DNA from: Aulosira sp. ZfuVER01
GTDB lineage: Bacteria > Cyanobacteriota > Cyanobacteriia > Cyanobacteriales > Nostocaceae
Assembly: GCA_034530615.2 (NCBI GenBank)
Contig: JAVRCV020000028.1
Coordinates: 1-64,000 of the forward strand
Direction of reading: 5' to 3'
Length of the DNA: 64,000 nt
The notes below the pieces were generated by a model. The model did no database searches, was not told the origin of the DNA, and saw only the letters and a list, made by a program, of their open reading frames with translations. The stretch's first letter is position 1, and every line of letters begins with the position of its first letter. The translations under genes were made by a program, and so were the position numbers. Below, piece by piece: positions 1 to 11,633 of this stretch.

Positions 1-80
1 GCGATGCAATGCGATCGCAGGGCGATGCATTAATATAACAAGGCAATGCGATCGCTTAAAATTGGCAATATCTCAAATTT

Positions 81-152
81 ACTTTTCACGCCACAACTAG
101 ACAACAAATTCGATTTCGTCTAAAAACCGGACGGTTTATCACAAATGTCTGA
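81..152 (+). pseudogene. 3' remnant of a small toxin-like gene (partner of the DUF2283 protein)
   Basis: Frame reads TFHATTRQQIRFRLKTGRFITNV* and its stop (150-152) overlaps the start of the next gene. There is an in-frame TAA at 57-59 and no start codon. Resembles C-termini of genes found upstream of DUF2283 genes (recognition from memory). Confidence 0.4.
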
Positions 153-390
153 CATCAAGCAACAATTGCCACAAATAAACTACTTCAAAGAAGAAGATAT
201 TCTTCATTTGCTCATCTCGGAAGAGCCAGAATCAGCAAGTATTGAAATTAGCCCAAATGTCACTGCTGAACTGAATGCAGATGGAGAGTTAATTGGCGTA
301 GAAATTCTCAATGCCAGTAATTATATGCGAGATTTTATTTTAGAATCTGTTCATGGTAAGTTGTTGAACTTGGTTCGCAGCAACGTATAG
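145..390 (+). CDS. DUF2283-family protein (putative antitoxin)
   Basis: 81 aa; Y..EEDILHL...ELNADGELIGVEILNAS pattern typical of DUF2283. Confidence 0.8.
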   Translation: MSDIKQQLPQINYFKEEDILHLLISEEPESASIEISPNVTAELNADGELIGVEILNASNYMRDFILESVHGKLLNLVRSNV

Positions 391-456
391 CCAGCGATCG
401 CATTGTCACGCTATGCAATTCAATTGCAGATCGATACATTAATATAACCAGCCGCT

Positions 457-491
<35 letters not shown>

Positions 492-514
492 GTTGTTGAC
501 TATATTCAGTATAG

Positions 515-1966
515 TTAGGTGGAAAATGCTGGTTTTACAGCTAAATTAAGGTTGACACTTTCTTCGCTTAACTCGGTAAGTTTGCCAACTGTAGCATCAA
601 TATTTTTCTTGGCATCGCCAAACAACATCAGGGTATTGTGCTTGTAGAATAGTGGGTTTTCTACTCCGGCGTAGCCACTAGCCATACTGCGCTTCATGAC
701 TATTACAGTACCAGCTTTCCAAACTTCTAGTACTGGCATTCCGGCTATTGGGCTATTGGGGTTTTCTAAAGCGCTGGGATTAACAGTGTCATTAGCACCA
801 ATAACTAATACTACATCAGTCTCAGTGAAATCCTCATTGATTTCATCCATCTCTAAAACGATGTCGTAGGGCACTTTCGCTTCTGCCAAAAGCACGTTCA
901 TGTGTCCTGGCATACGCCCAGCTACGGGATGGATACCGAAACGAACTTTAATTTTGCGATCGCGCAATCGTTTGACAATTGCTGAGACTCCATGTTGTGC
1001 TTGCGCTACTGCCATACCGTAGCCAGGGACGATGATTACACTCTTGGCACGGGATAGAAGTTCAACTGTGTCTTCTACTGTGGTGGAGGTAACTTTACCC
1101 TCTATTTGTTCGCCATCTCCAGCAGTTGCATTTGTTTGAGCGCCAAAACCTCCTAAAATGACGCTGATGAAGGAACGGTTCATGGCTTTACACATGATGT
1201 AGCTGAGGATTGCCCCACTACTGCCTACCAAAGCACCTGTAATAATCAGTAAATCGTTTGATAACATGAAACCAGCAGCAGCAGCAGCCCATCCAGAGTA
1301 ACTGTTGAGCATGGAAATCACAACTGGCATATCTGCACCGCCAATTGCCATGACTAGATGAATGCCCAAGATTGAGGCAATTGCAGACATGATTAATAAA
1401 GGTTGCAATCCAGTTGTTGCTTCTGCACCAATAAATTGGCTACCAAGCCAAATTGCCGCCGCAAGCATAGACAAGTTTAACAAGTGCCGTGCTGGTAGTA
1501 GTAAAGGTTTGCTGCTGATGATACCCCGCAGTTTACCAAAGGCAATAATCGAACCTGTAAAGGTGACTGCACCAATAAATACACCGACAAAAATTTCGAT
1601 TTGGTGAATTGTGGATTCTACAGGCGTGAGCGATCGCGTTTCTTGGAGATAATTGGCAATACCTACCAGAACTGCCGCTGCACCAACAAAACTATGGAGA
1701 ATTGCCACTAGTTCCGGCATGGAAGTCATCGCTACCCGCGAAGCGACAATTGCACCAATTACGGCTCCAGGGATAACGACTGACCCCAAGATGCCGTAAG
1801 CTTTCATATCTAGAGAGAGTGCGGTAGCTACGAAGGCAATCACCATGCCCACGATGCCGTAAACATTGCCTTTGCGAGCCGTTTCCTGGTCAGATAGTCC
1901 CCCTAAGCTGAGAATGAAGAGGGCGCTAGCCACAATATACGCTACTGTCAGTAAATTGTTTGACAT
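515..1966 (-). CDS. pntB: NAD(P) transhydrogenase beta subunit
   Basis: Hydrophobic N-half; [34 protein letters not shown] and [18 protein letters not shown] motifs. Confidence 0.97.
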   Translation of the reverse strand: MSNNLLTVAYIVASALFILSLGGLSDQETARKGNVYGIVGMVIAFVATALSLDMKAYGILGSVVIPGAVIGAIVASRVAMTSMPELVAILHSFVGAAAVLVGIANYLQETRSLTPVESTIHQIEIFVGVFIGAVTFTGSIIAFGKLRGIISSKPLLLPARHLLNLSMLAAAIWLGSQFIGAEATTGLQPLLIMSAIASILGIHLVMAIGGADMPVVISMLNSYSGWAAAAAGFMLSNDLLIITGALVGSSGAILSYIMCKAMNRSFISVILGGFGAQTNATAGDGEQIEGKVTSTTVEDTVELLSRAKSVIIVPGYGMAVAQAQHGVSAIVKRLRDRKIKVRFGIHPVAGRMPGHMNVLLAEAKVPYDIVLEMDEINEDFTETDVVLVIGANDTVNPSALENPNSPIAGMPVLEVWKAGTVIVMKRSMASGYAGVENPLFYKHNTLMLFGDAKKNIDATVGKLTELSEESVNLNLAVKPAFST

Positions 1967-1975
1967 AATTTCTTT

Positions 1976-3565
1976 CTATTTTTGGAACATTTTGAGCATA
2001 CGTTGGGTGACTAGGAAACCGCCGGAAATGTTAATCGTTCCTACAAGAATTGCGATCGCTCCCAGAATAGTTGTATATGAACTCGATCCGCCTGAGATTT
2101 GCAGCATCCCGCCAATAATGATGATGCCGCTAATGGCGTTGGTGACGCTCATCAGTGGTGTGTGCAAAGCAGGTTTCACATTCCAAATCACTTGCCAACC
2201 AATAAAGCAAGCTAAGACAAATACGATGAAATGCGAAAGGAATTCTGGCGGCGCATTAATACCAATACCAACTAAGGCTAAACCAACTAAGAGCAGCCAA
2301 AGAAAGTTACTTCCACCTTTTGCAGAACTAGGAGTTGGGGCGGCTGGGGCAATTGTTAAGACTGGGGTAGGCTGTTTCTCTTTTTCTTTTTGTTCGCCAA
2401 CCTTCTCTTGTATTACCTCTACTTTTTTCTCAACCTTTGGTGGCGGGTAAGTAATCTCGCCAGCATGAACAACTAAAGCACCTCTAATTACCTCATCTTC
2501 AAGATTGACTTGGAAATTATTCGCCCCACCCATTTCTTCAAGCAAATTGCATAGATTGTTACCGTAAAGCTGACTTGCTTGTTGTGCCATTCGGCTGGGC
2601 AAATCGGTCAAACCTACTATTGTGACGCCATTGTAACGGTAAACTTCACCAGGATGAGTACAAGCGCAATTACCACCTTGCTCTGCTGCCAAATCGACAA
2701 TTACTGACCCTTCTTTCATGCTCTCAACCATTTCTTGGGTAATCAGCACAGGTGCTTTTCTCCCAGGGATCAGGGCTGTAGTAATAATGATGTCCACTTC
2801 TTGAGCTTGAGCAGCAAACAGTTCCATCTCAGCCTTGATGAATTCGTCGCTCATCACCTTGGCGTAGCCACCCTCACCAGTCCCATCTTCAGCAAAGTTG
2901 AGTTCGAGGAACTCTGCACCTAAGCTTTCTACTTGCTCTTTCACTACCAAGCGGGTATCAAAAGCCCTTACAATTGCACCCAGTCCCTTAGCAGTACCAA
3001 TTGCTGCTAATCCAGCGACACCAACGCCAATAATCATCACCTTAGCAGGTGGTACTTTGCCGGCGGCGGTAATTTGACCGTTAAAGAAGCGCCCAAAGTG
3101 ATTTGCAGCTTCAATTACCGCACGATAGCCTGCAAGATTCGCCATTGAGCTTAAGGCATCTAGCTTTTGCGCCCGACTGATGCGTGGTATCGCATCCATC
3201 GCCAATACTGAAGCCTTGCGTTTTACTAGTTTTTGTAGCAAATCTGGATTTTGAGCCGGCCAGATAAAACTGATTAACTTGCTTTGTTCACGTAGCAAAT
3301 CCGTTTCATCTTTGCCTAGTTCTGGGTGCATTTGGGGTGGACGAACCTTAAGTACAATATCCGCCTCTGCCCATAAAGTTGCCGCATCGGGAACAATCTG
3401 GCATTTTGCTTGAGTATAGGCATCATCTGCAAAGTTTGCCCCACAGCCCGCATTGCTCTCCACAATTACATCAAAACCAAGCTTTTCCAGACGTTGGGCT
3501 GTGTCTGGCGTAGCTGCTACACGATGTTCGCCAGGGTAGACTTCTTTTGGAATACCAACCTTCAT
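1976..3565 (-). CDS. pntA: NAD(P) transhydrogenase alpha subunit
   Basis: [31 protein letters not shown]; GxGxxG; C-terminal [14 protein letters not shown] membrane domain. Confidence 0.97.
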   Translation of the reverse strand: MKVGIPKEVYPGEHRVAATPDTAQRLEKLGFDVIVESNAGCGANFADDAYTQAKCQIVPDAATLWAEADIVLKVRPPQMHPELGKDETDLLREQSKLISFIWPAQNPDLLQKLVKRKASVLAMDAIPRISRAQKLDALSSMANLAGYRAVIEAANHFGRFFNGQITAAGKVPPAKVMIIGVGVAGLAAIGTAKGLGAIVRAFDTRLVVKEQVESLGAEFLELNFAEDGTGEGGYAKVMSDEFIKAEMELFAAQAQEVDIIITTALIPGRKAPVLITQEMVESMKEGSVIVDLAAEQGGNCACTHPGEVYRYNGVTIVGLTDLPSRMAQQASQLYGNNLCNLLEEMGGANNFQVNLEDEVIRGALVVHAGEITYPPPKVEKKVEVIQEKVGEQKEKEKQPTPVLTIAPAAPTPSSAKGGSNFLWLLLVGLALVGIGINAPPEFLSHFIVFVLACFIGWQVIWNVKPALHTPLMSVTNAISGIIIIGGMLQISGGSSSYTTILGAIAILVGTINISGGFLVTQRMLKMFQK

Positions 3566-3684
3566 TGGCGTTCTCCTTTTGATTTAGCTGAGTTCCCCAA
3601 ATAAAGAGAGACACTAAAACAATTCAAAATTCAGCAAGAAAGACAGAAGTTCAAGGGCAGACGGCAGAAGGTAAGATCGTTGTC

Positions 3685-3713
3685 TTCTGCCTTCTGCCTT
3701 CTGCCTTCTGCCT
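3685..3713. repeat. Short tandem heptamer repeat (TTCTGCC)n, STRR-type
   Basis: About 4 tandem copies, with complementary GGCAGA(A) copies just upstream. Confidence 0.75.
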
Positions 3714-4300
3714 TTTTCAAAATCTAGTTGTTGATAGCTATCCTGGCTGCTGGCTGTATGCAAGTTAAATTGGAACCCTGAGATAACAAAGGGTCTACAA
3801 AATGAAGGATTCCAGTGTTTATTTTATTATGTTGCTAGTAGCGATCGCTGCTAGCCGGAGGTTTATATCTTGCACCAACCTCACAAATACCTTGAAATAT
3901 ATTTTGGGACGCTCATTGCACGCCACTTAAGGGAATCTTTCAGGTGTCTACAGCGCTAACTGCTCCAACAACCCTTGTAAACAAAGTGTCCTTGCTTTTT
4001 GCCTCCCCTACTCAGGTTTTATCTTTTATTTGGTTGAATTACTTATGTTAAACATACTATTTACTCTAGTCGATTGTATCTAGATTTGTATTAATTCTTC
4101 ACAACTTTTGCAGAGATGATTTGCAGATAAAAATTATTGCCACTTTGATGTTTCAGAAGTTAAAGTTTAATTTAAAAACCAATACTTTTGCTAATATAGT
4201 ATTTTAAATACTATAGTTTAAGAAGTTGTTTTCTAAAGTAAATAAGCCATTATACTTAATGGCTGATATGTGGTTATATACTTATACTCCAGCAAAACAT

Positions 4301-4395
4301 ATACAGCAGATTGCAACTTAGTGAGCTACAGATAGTCGTAGGGAACATGGCTGTGCCCCTACCCGTGTACTTCATTTACCTGAAATATGCTGTAT
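4301..4395. mobile_element. MITE-like element with an internal REP-like palindrome
   Basis: Terminal inverted repeats ATACAGCA...TGCTGTAT; internal GTAGGG...CCCTAC hairpin. Confidence 0.55.
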
Positions 4396-4604
4396 GTAGC
4401 AATACACTTGGATTTTTGAACTTACTTGCCTAAGCAAGCAATAGAGAAGATAGAGAGGGGCGAGTTCATGGAGATTATCATGAGTAATCGATCGTATTTT
4501 CAAATCTGCTCCTACTGATTTTGTTTGCAAAATAAAATAGGATATTTTAGATATCTAACCACAGATAAACAGCACTATTTATCTGTGTTGATAAGTATGA
4601 TGGC

Positions 4605-4719
4605 AATACAGTTCGGATAAGCAATTTTCATCTCCCTTTTGGTTTGGGAAAAGGTTAAGGGGTAAGGGGGAAAGGTTTAAATTTAGCCTTTTCCCTTTCC
4701 CCCTTAACCAAACCGTATT
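4605..4719. mobile_element. MITE-like element
   Basis: Imperfect 17-bp TIRs AATACAGTTCGGATAAG / CTTAACCAAACCGTATT (14/17) enclosing AAGGGG/CCCCTT repeats. Confidence 0.55.
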
Positions 4720-4794
4720 GGGTGCTGTTGCGTCTCCCGCCCAACAAATGCATCTATAGCTTTCTTTTTTCAAATTAGTCTTACTTGAATCTTT

Positions 4795-7700
4795 TTAAGC
4801 CTTAATCGGCAATTTAATGACAAACTCTGTCTTTTCTCGGGGAATAGTATCTACTTCAATTGTACCTCCATGTGCTTCAACCACAATCTGACGGGCGATC
4901 GCCAATCCTAATCCGGTTCCTTTGCCAACAGCTTTGGTAGTGAACAAATGGTCAAATATCCTTTGCTTCACTTCCTGGGACATTCCCACTCCGTTGTCTG
5001 CAATCCGAATCTTAATGTGCTGACCTGATTCATCTACACGGGTTTTGATTGTAATGCAATTAGGTTTAGCAGCGATCGCTTCCATACTCTTGCCTTGATT
5101 AGATTCTTCTAGAGCATCAATGGCATTTGCTAACAAGTTCATAAATACTTGGTTGAGTTGTCCGGCAAAGCATTCTACTAGAGGTAGTTCACCATAATCT
5201 TTAATCACCTCGATTGCTGGACGCAATTCGTTAGCTTTTAATCGGTGTCTGAGAATTAAAATTGTGCTGTCAATACCGTCGTGAATGTTGAAGGGCACTT
5301 TGTAATCTTTATCGGTTCTAGAAAAGGTGCGCAAACTGACGCTGATACTACGAATGCGATTAGCACCCAGAGTCATGGAATCGAGCAACTGGGGTAAATC
5401 CTCGCGCACGTACTCCAAATCGATCGCTTCAATTTCATCTTCGATTTCTGAGCCAGGATCGGGAAACTTTTCTTGATAAAGATTGATTAGTCCGAATAAA
5501 TCTTGGACATAATCTTTAGCTGGTTGAATATTGCCAGAAATAAAGCCGACGGGATTGTTGATTTCATGTGCAACGCCAGCTACTAGATTTCCCAAGGCTG
5601 ACATTTTTTCATTCTGCACTAATTGCAGCTGCATCTGCTGTACCTCTTGCAGCGATCGCTCTAATTGTTGACTGTAGTGTAGCGATTGTTGACAAGATTG
5701 CTGCGATTGTTGATACAAACGGGCATTTTCTAGAGAAATAGCGGCTTGAGTACAGAGAAGATTCAGGATATCAACGCGATCTTCAGTAAACGCGCCAATA
5801 GAGTGATTGTTTTCTAAATACAAAATCCCTAACAACTTACCCTGATGCAAAATCGGGCTACACAAAATACTCCTGGGTTGATGCTTCTGAATGTATGGGT
5901 CATTGGTAAATCTAGGATATACAGTTGCATCAACAATCACCAGTGGTTGCAAACTCCGTTTCACCGTATTGATGGGGCTAAAGGGTACTTCTAAGCTTTC
6001 TTCCATCGGTTGTGGGTGGAGTAGCGTTGCGGAATTATCGATATTGGCGATCGCTTGGACAAGTAAACGGCCATTTTCAGACAGCAATAACGCACACTTA
6101 TCAGCGCCAGCATTTTCCAGAGCAACGTGCAGCAAAGTAGAAACGAGTTTTTCTAATTCAATTTCCCTAGAAAGGGTTTGAGAGGCTTTGAAAATCACTG
6201 CTAAATCTAAAGCAACAGAGGCGTTGCTATTACCTGAAGAAGAGGAATTTTGAGAACTTCCCCCACCTGATAAAACAATTGTTTCGTTAGTTGAAAAAGC
6301 GAAAGGCGCTTGTTTGAGGATAGGAGCTAAAAGTTGGGGATAGCGAGTTTCTAAATCGGCAACTTTGGCTTTAGCTCCCCAACGGGTATAGCAGTAATAA
6401 GCCTCGATCATGTAGTTTTGCGCAATGTGCTGCTTGCCCCAGTCGAGATAAAATTTGGCTGCGAGTTCGTTGGCGATCGCTTCTTGCTGAATATAGCCCT
6501 GCTGTTTGGCATTTTCTATAGCTTGGTCATACATTTCGATGGCAGCGGCTTTATTACCCAGCACCCGGTTTCTTTCTGCTTCCACCAAACACCACAGATG
6601 TTGATAGTTCATTGGGGCATGAGTTGCCCAGTGCTGCATCTGTGCTTGGTTTTTAGCTACTTGTTGGAGGTATTGCTGCTGCTCTTCGGCTGATACATCT
6701 GGGTAATGTGCCAAGAGTGAAAGAGACGAATATAGGTTATACTTCACGCTATGGATTGTTGCTATAGCAAAGTTTTGGTATGGTTCTGCTAGTCGCAGAT
6801 TTTCCACCGCATCACCATAAGCTGCAAACAAGTAGGCAAGAATCAGTTTGTGTAAAAATACAATAAATAATATAAAGCCCAGCTTATTTTTAATCCAGAT
6901 TGGTAACATTTCTGTTTCATTGCAACTTTCACCATCCAAACGCAATTTATCAATTGCGCGACCACTTAAATTTAAGAGAAATTGTCTGTTTACTTGAATA
7001 TAAATTTGCTGAAACTCTTGTTTTAAATTTTGAATAATCTCAAGATACTGTGTCTGCTTGTAAAGCACTGTTTCTAGCTCGGACTCAGTGTGAAAACAAA
7101 AATCGCAATATGTCGTAGCATTGTAACAAGCAAATTCTAAATCCCCAGTTTCCAAACCAAGATGAAATCCTTCCTGCAAAGGTGTCAAGCTGGCTTGAAA
7201 GTGTTCTTTCCAGTAGCGAATGTTGCCATTAAACATCATGTAAACTTTAGATTTCAGCTTCCTGCTATCAAAACGCTCTAACAACTCGATCGCCATCTGA
7301 CCAAACTTATAACCAGACTCAATATCCCCCCCAGCACAGAGTAATAATCCATAGATGACATAGGCATAAGCTGCAAGGTTAGAATTGCCATATCTCATGC
7401 ACAGATTGACCATTGTCAAGACAATTGACGGATACATTGGGGGATTAGCAAGGTAAACTGCAGGCCCAACGGTCATCAAAATTCGCTGTGCTGCTAGTTT
7501 ATCCAGGTCGGTCATTTCTGGTAGGTCGATTAATGCTTCAATCTCTAAGGTGGCGATCGCCTCTGACTCTAAAGTTACACCTAACGTCTGCAAAACTTCT
7601 AAGGCGATATCTACAGCTAATTGCAACTGATTCTGAGAAATTAAAGATTGAATTTTAATTTCGTAAACTCTGGCTTTTTGTAATGTATCCTTAACATTTT

Positions 7701-10245
7701 CTAGAAGCGTCTCTATTTGCAGATTTGCTTGCTCATAATTCGTATTCAGGTATTCTGTTTCTGCGGCTGCTAAATACAAATTAAGTGTTAAATCGTACTG
7801 AGTCTGCCAACTATGGGGTTCTAGGAACATTATGCCTGTATTTAAATATCTCAGTGCAGCTTCGTATGCTGTTGCAGATTTTGCCTGACGACCGGCTATC
7901 AGATTGAGATTTGCTAATTGTTCTCGTTCACTAGCATCAGTAATCAGTTCAGCACCCAAGTTGAGATGATTAATAATATTAAAAATTTTCTCGTGCTGGT
8001 CTGCTGCTGATGTATTGTTTAACAAGCGTCGCCCAATTTTAAGGTGAGTGGCTTGCTTCTGGTCTTGGGGAATCAATGAATAAGCTGCTTGCTGGACGCG
8101 ATCGTGCAAAAATTTATAGCTGGTGGTGATTTTAGCTGGTTGATCGTTTGCCAATGACTCGCGATCGCTCAAGAATATTTCTTGTTGAAAAAACTTATAA
8201 ACATCATTCTGCGGTAAAATCAACCCATCTTTTAGAGCTATCCACAAATGGTTAGCGGTTTCGTTTGGGGATTGTTCGTAGACGATCGCTAATGTTTCTA
8301 AGTCAAAAGAGTTACCAATACAAGCCGCTAACTGCAACACCTCTTGAGTAGCTTGGGGCAACTTCTGAAGTTGAACTGCCATAAACTCTACTACATCATC
8401 AGTAAGAGCCAGCGATCGCACCTGTGCAATGTCACACTCCCAGTAACCACCATGAACATTGAATGTAATTAAACGATCTTCGTATAATGCTTTGAGAAAC
8501 TGAGTTGTGAAGAAGGGATTTCCTTGAGTTTTGCTAAATATCAACTGTGTCAATGGTAAAGCTAGTTCCAGCGAACAACTGAATGTATCAGCAACCAACT
8601 GATTTACTGACAACCGATCTAGGGTTGCAAGAGTAATTGTATTGACTGTAGCCTGTGACTTCTCAATTTCTTGGAGTGTCAGCATCAGTGGATGAGTTGC
8701 AGAGACTTCATTATCCCGGTAAGCTCCAATCAGCAAGAGATATCGACTATCTATTTCACTCATTAACAGTTGTATAAACTTGAGAGAAGCAGAATCCGCC
8801 CACTGCAAGTCATCGATAAAGATCACCAGAGGATGATCTTTCGTCGTGAACACCTGGATAAATTTTTGAAATAGGATGTTGAAGCGGTTTTGCGCAGCAC
8901 TACCAGAGAGTTCGGGTACAGCAGATTGTTTACCAATTATCCGCTCTAGTTCTGGGATCACCTCAATAATGACTTGAGCGTTTTCTCCCAAAGCCGAGAG
9001 AATTTTCTGTTTCCATTGATCTAATTGCGTATCAGTTTCACTCAGCAGTTGTCCGATCAGATCGCGAAATGCTTGTAAAAAAGCAGACAGAGGAATATTG
9101 CGCTGAAACTGGTCAAATTTACCTTTAATAAAGTAGCCTTGTTGCCGTAAAATCGGTTTGTGGATTTCGTTGACCACAGCAGTTTTACCGATACCAGAGA
9201 AACCTGCCACAAGTATGAGTTCGCTGCGTCCTTGAGAAACTCGCTCAAAAGCCGCTAGTAAACTGGCTACTTCGCTATAACGACCATAGAGCTTTTCTGA
9301 GATGATGAAGCGATCGCACACATCGCGTTGTCCAATTTCAAAGCTATCAATCTGCCCAGTTGTTTGCAGTTGGTTCAGACACCTTTCTAGATCGTGTTTC
9401 AGCCCCAAAGCACTCTGATAGCGGTCTTCTGCATTTTTCGCCATCAGTTTCATCACTATGTCACATAAAACTTGCGGAATTTCTTCCCTTCTGCCTTCTA
9501 ATAAGGGTTGTTTAGCAATATGACAGTGAACTAATTCCATCGGATCGTTAGATTGGAAAGGCAATTCTCCGGTGAGTAGTTCAAAGAAAGTCACCCCTAA
9601 AGAATAAAAATCACTGCGGTAATCAATTCCTCGGTTCATCCGTCCGGTTTGTTCTGGCGACACATAGGCGAGAGTACCTTCCAAAACATTAGGATTGCGA
9701 ATTTCTTGGGTTTCTCTAGATAGTAAAGAAGCTAGGCTGAAATCAATCAACTTCACCTGCTGGGTATCTGGGTTAATTAAAATGTTGGCAGGCTTGATGT
9801 CTTTGTGAACAATCCGCTGGCGGTAGAGTTCATCCAGAATTGTCGCTAAGGCGATCGCAATCTCCAAAAACGCTTTCAGGCGATGCTCCCAAAGGGAGCC
9901 GCCCAAAGGGCGATCGCCGTTGTTGTTAATTTCTTTGTATATCCACTCTCGTAAAGAAATCCCACCAAAGTCCTCCATCACCAGTGCATAGCTGTTTTGG
10001 TAAGGTTCCAGACTGTAAAGACGAACAATACCTTCAAAGTCGAGATTTTTGGCAATGGTGTACTGATTGCGGAATTGCAGCAGTTCATTGAATGTCGGAT
10101 ACTCCTGCTTGAGTATCTTGATGACCACTGGCAGTTGATCCACCTCCCGAATTGCTCGGTAAACTAAGGTTCTAGAGCCTGCATACAGTCTCTCGCTAAT
10201 TCGATAACCCAGAATTTTAGTAAGTGACTCAACTGCTGTAAACAT
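4795..10245 (-). CDS. Hybrid Ser/Thr kinase - AAA ATPase - GAF - histidine kinase (HstK/Pkn type)
   Basis: HKDIKPANIL kinase motif, Walker A GFSGIGKT, IDDLQWAD, GAF region, H-box AHEINNP, G-box GTGLGL. ATG at 10245 preferred over TTG at 10266. Confidence 0.93.
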   Translation of the reverse strand: MFTAVESLTKILGYRISERLYAGSRTLVYRAIREVDQLPVVIKILKQEYPTFNELLQFRNQYTIAKNLDFEGIVRLYSLEPYQNSYALVMEDFGGISLREWIYKEINNNGDRPLGGSLWEHRLKAFLEIAIALATILDELYRQRIVHKDIKPANILINPDTQQVKLIDFSLASLLSRETQEIRNPNVLEGTLAYVSPEQTGRMNRGIDYRSDFYSLGVTFFELLTGELPFQSNDPMELVHCHIAKQPLLEGRREEIPQVLCDIVMKLMAKNAEDRYQSALGLKHDLERCLNQLQTTGQIDSFEIGQRDVCDRFIISEKLYGRYSEVASLLAAFERVSQGRSELILVAGFSGIGKTAVVNEIHKPILRQQGYFIKGKFDQFQRNIPLSAFLQAFRDLIGQLLSETDTQLDQWKQKILSALGENAQVIIEVIPELERIIGKQSAVPELSGSAAQNRFNILFQKFIQVFTTKDHPLVIFIDDLQWADSASLKFIQLLMSEIDSRYLLLIGAYRDNEVSATHPLMLTLQEIEKSQATVNTITLATLDRLSVNQLVADTFSCSLELALPLTQLIFSKTQGNPFFTTQFLKALYEDRLITFNVHGGYWECDIAQVRSLALTDDVVEFMAVQLQKLPQATQEVLQLAACIGNSFDLETLAIVYEQSPNETANHLWIALKDGLILPQNDVYKFFQQEIFLSDRESLANDQPAKITTSYKFLHDRVQQAAYSLIPQDQKQATHLKIGRRLLNNTSAADQHEKIFNIINHLNLGAELITDASEREQLANLNLIAGRQAKSATAYEAALRYLNTGIMFLEPHSWQTQYDLTLNLYLAAAETEYLNTNYEQANLQIETLLENVKDTLQKARVYEIKIQSLISQNQLQLAVDIALEVLQTLGVTLESEAIATLEIEALIDLPEMTDLDKLAAQRILMTVGPAVYLANPPMYPSIVLTMVNLCMRYGNSNLAAYAYVIYGLLLCAGGDIESGYKFGQMAIELLERFDSRKLKSKVYMMFNGNIRYWKEHFQASLTPLQEGFHLGLETGDLEFACYNATTYCDFCFHTESELETVLYKQTQYLEIIQNLKQEFQQIYIQVNRQFLLNLSGRAIDKLRLDGESCNETEMLPIWIKNKLGFILFIVFLHKLILAYLFAAYGDAVENLRLAEPYQNFAIATIHSVKYNLYSSLSLLAHYPDVSAEEQQQYLQQVAKNQAQMQHWATHAPMNYQHLWCLVEAERNRVLGNKAAAIEMYDQAIENAKQQGYIQQEAIANELAAKFYLDWGKQHIAQNYMIEAYYCYTRWGAKAKVADLETRYPQLLAPILKQAPFAFSTNETIVLSGGGSSQNSSSSGNSNASVALDLAVIFKASQTLSREIELEKLVSTLLHVALENAGADKCALLLSENGRLLVQAIANIDNSATLLHPQPMEESLEVPFSPINTVKRSLQPLVIVDATVYPRFTNDPYIQKHQPRSILCSPILHQGKLLGILYLENNHSIGAFTEDRVDILNLLCTQAAISLENARLYQQSQQSCQQSLHYSQQLERSLQEVQQMQLQLVQNEKMSALGNLVAGVAHEINNPVGFISGNIQPAKDYVQDLFGLINLYQEKFPDPGSEIEDEIEAIDLEYVREDLPQLLDSMTLGANRIRSISVSLRTFSRTDKDYKVPFNIHDGIDSTILILRHRLKANELRPAIEVIKDYGELPLVECFAGQLNQVFMNLLANAIDALEESNQGKSMEAIAAKPNCITIKTRVDESGQHIKIRIADNGVGMSQEVKQRIFDHLFTTKAVGKGTGLGLAIARQIVVEAHGGTIEVDTIPREKTEFVIKLPIKA

Positions 10246-10700
10246 TTTACGTAACCTTTGTGACAAATAAACTTATCATTTCCAGTATGTTTCCCAAATC
10301 TGAACGGGTTCTAACTCATCGAAATAGTATTGAACAATCAGTAATGAATAATGAATTTTGTTTCTTGCATAGATGTGCAGCCGCCACTCTACGTCCAGAG
10401 TTATGGGGTTACACTCAGCAGTATGAACCTTGCTTTTCGTCTGGTAAAAGTATTAAGAAATATAAAGCTTTACCTTTAACCACTGGGCACTAGTTGAAGG
10501 ATGATAACCCGATCGGCTATGGAATTAAATTTAATATTTTTGTTGCTAATTAGAGTATTTAATTGACGTTATTCGCAATAAATTATTGTAGCTAGCCTTT
10601 AGAATACAAAGCTTTGTGTCTTTGTGCCTTTGTGTTTAAAAAAGCATTTTTCATCACAGAGGCACAAAGAAGAGAATATTCAGTTTTAATTAATCAAAAA

Positions 10701-11633
10701 TCAAGAATTAGTGGCAGTTTTTGTTCCAGGTTTGAGTTGTGTCGGTTGGTTAAGACTGCGGAAGTATAAGCTACCTACCATGACCCAAAACAGGATATAC
10801 CCGATCGCCTGAACGAGATATAGTTTTTGGGTATAGCCAAATAAAGTTTTGAGCAAAATACCAGGAAACTGTTTATCAGGTAAGATTGCTGATAAATCCC
10901 AAATTATGGGGCCGAGAAGACAAGAAGTGTTTTCTAGTCCGCAAGTATAAGATACTGAAGGCTTGATTTGGCTAAAAGCGATCGCAGCTGCATCTAAATG
11001 TCGCAAAGCAGAAATCACCAATCCAGAAACAATCAGCAGCAGTAATACACCCATAACTTGGAAAAATTGCTTCAAGTTAATGCGAATGCTCCATTTAAAT
11101 AGCAGCATACCAATGACAACTGCCATAGCTAATCCACCTATAGCACCCAGTACAGGTGTCCAACCTTGTTGAAACTTAGCGACGATAAACACCGCAGTTT
11201 CTAAGCCTTCCCGAAATACGGCAATAAAAATTAGACTAAAAATCGCCCAAGCTGCGCGGTTGTCTTGTCCTAATGCACTTTTGACAGAACCTTCGATTTC
11301 GGCTTTGAGAGAGCGTGCTTGTTTTGTCATCCAGATTAGCATCCAACTAAGCATAGCGATCGCAACTACACCCAGTCCCACCTCAAATAATTGCTTGAAG
11401 ACAGGCGCATAGAGTAGATCCGATGTCTGCAATCCTTGGATACCTAAATTGAGTAATAGACCTACCACAAAACTAGCTATAGTGGCACTAAAAATTCCTA
11501 AATATACCCAACGATGCAATCTTTGTTGTTCCGCTTGTTGTAAACAGGCGAAAACAATACCGACAACTAAAGCAGCTTCTACACCTTCTCTTAAGGTAAT
11601 AAAGAAAGTTGGTAATGCAGCACTCCAATCCAT
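10701..11633 (-). CDS. FTR1/EfeU-family iron permease
   Basis: Two RExxE motifs (LREGVEA, FREGLET) and multiple TM helices; start MDWSAALPTF. Confidence 0.92.
   Translation of the reverse strand: MDWSAALPTFFITLREGVEAALVVGIVFACLQQAEQQRLHRWVYLGIFSATIASFVVGLLLNLGIQGLQTSDLLYAPVFKQLFEVGLGVVAIAMLSWMLIWMTKQARSLKAEIEGSVKSALGQDNRAAWAIFSLIFIAVFREGLETAVFIVAKFQQGWTPVLGAIGGLAMAVVIGMLLFKWSIRINLKQFFQVMGVLLLLIVSGLVISALRHLDAAAIAFSQIKPSVSYTCGLENTSCLLGPIIWDLSAILPDKQFPGILLKTLFGYTQKLYLVQAIGYILFWVMVGSLYFRSLNQPTQLKPGTKTATNS

Noticed and set aside
35..56. TAACAAGGCAATGC resembling an integron attC left arm
   Set aside because: No complementary right arm or GTT core found and no integrase in the window; kept only as part of the direct-repeat finding
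1362..3604. Plus-strand ORFs inside pntAB, and similar shadow ORFs inside the kinase, NRPS, glgP, NDH-2 and glcEF genes
   Set aside because: Antisense or off-frame to strongly supported genes, with no recognisable motifs
10260..10493. 77-aa ORF overlapping the kinase start
   Set aside because: TTG start in a promoter region and no recognisable family
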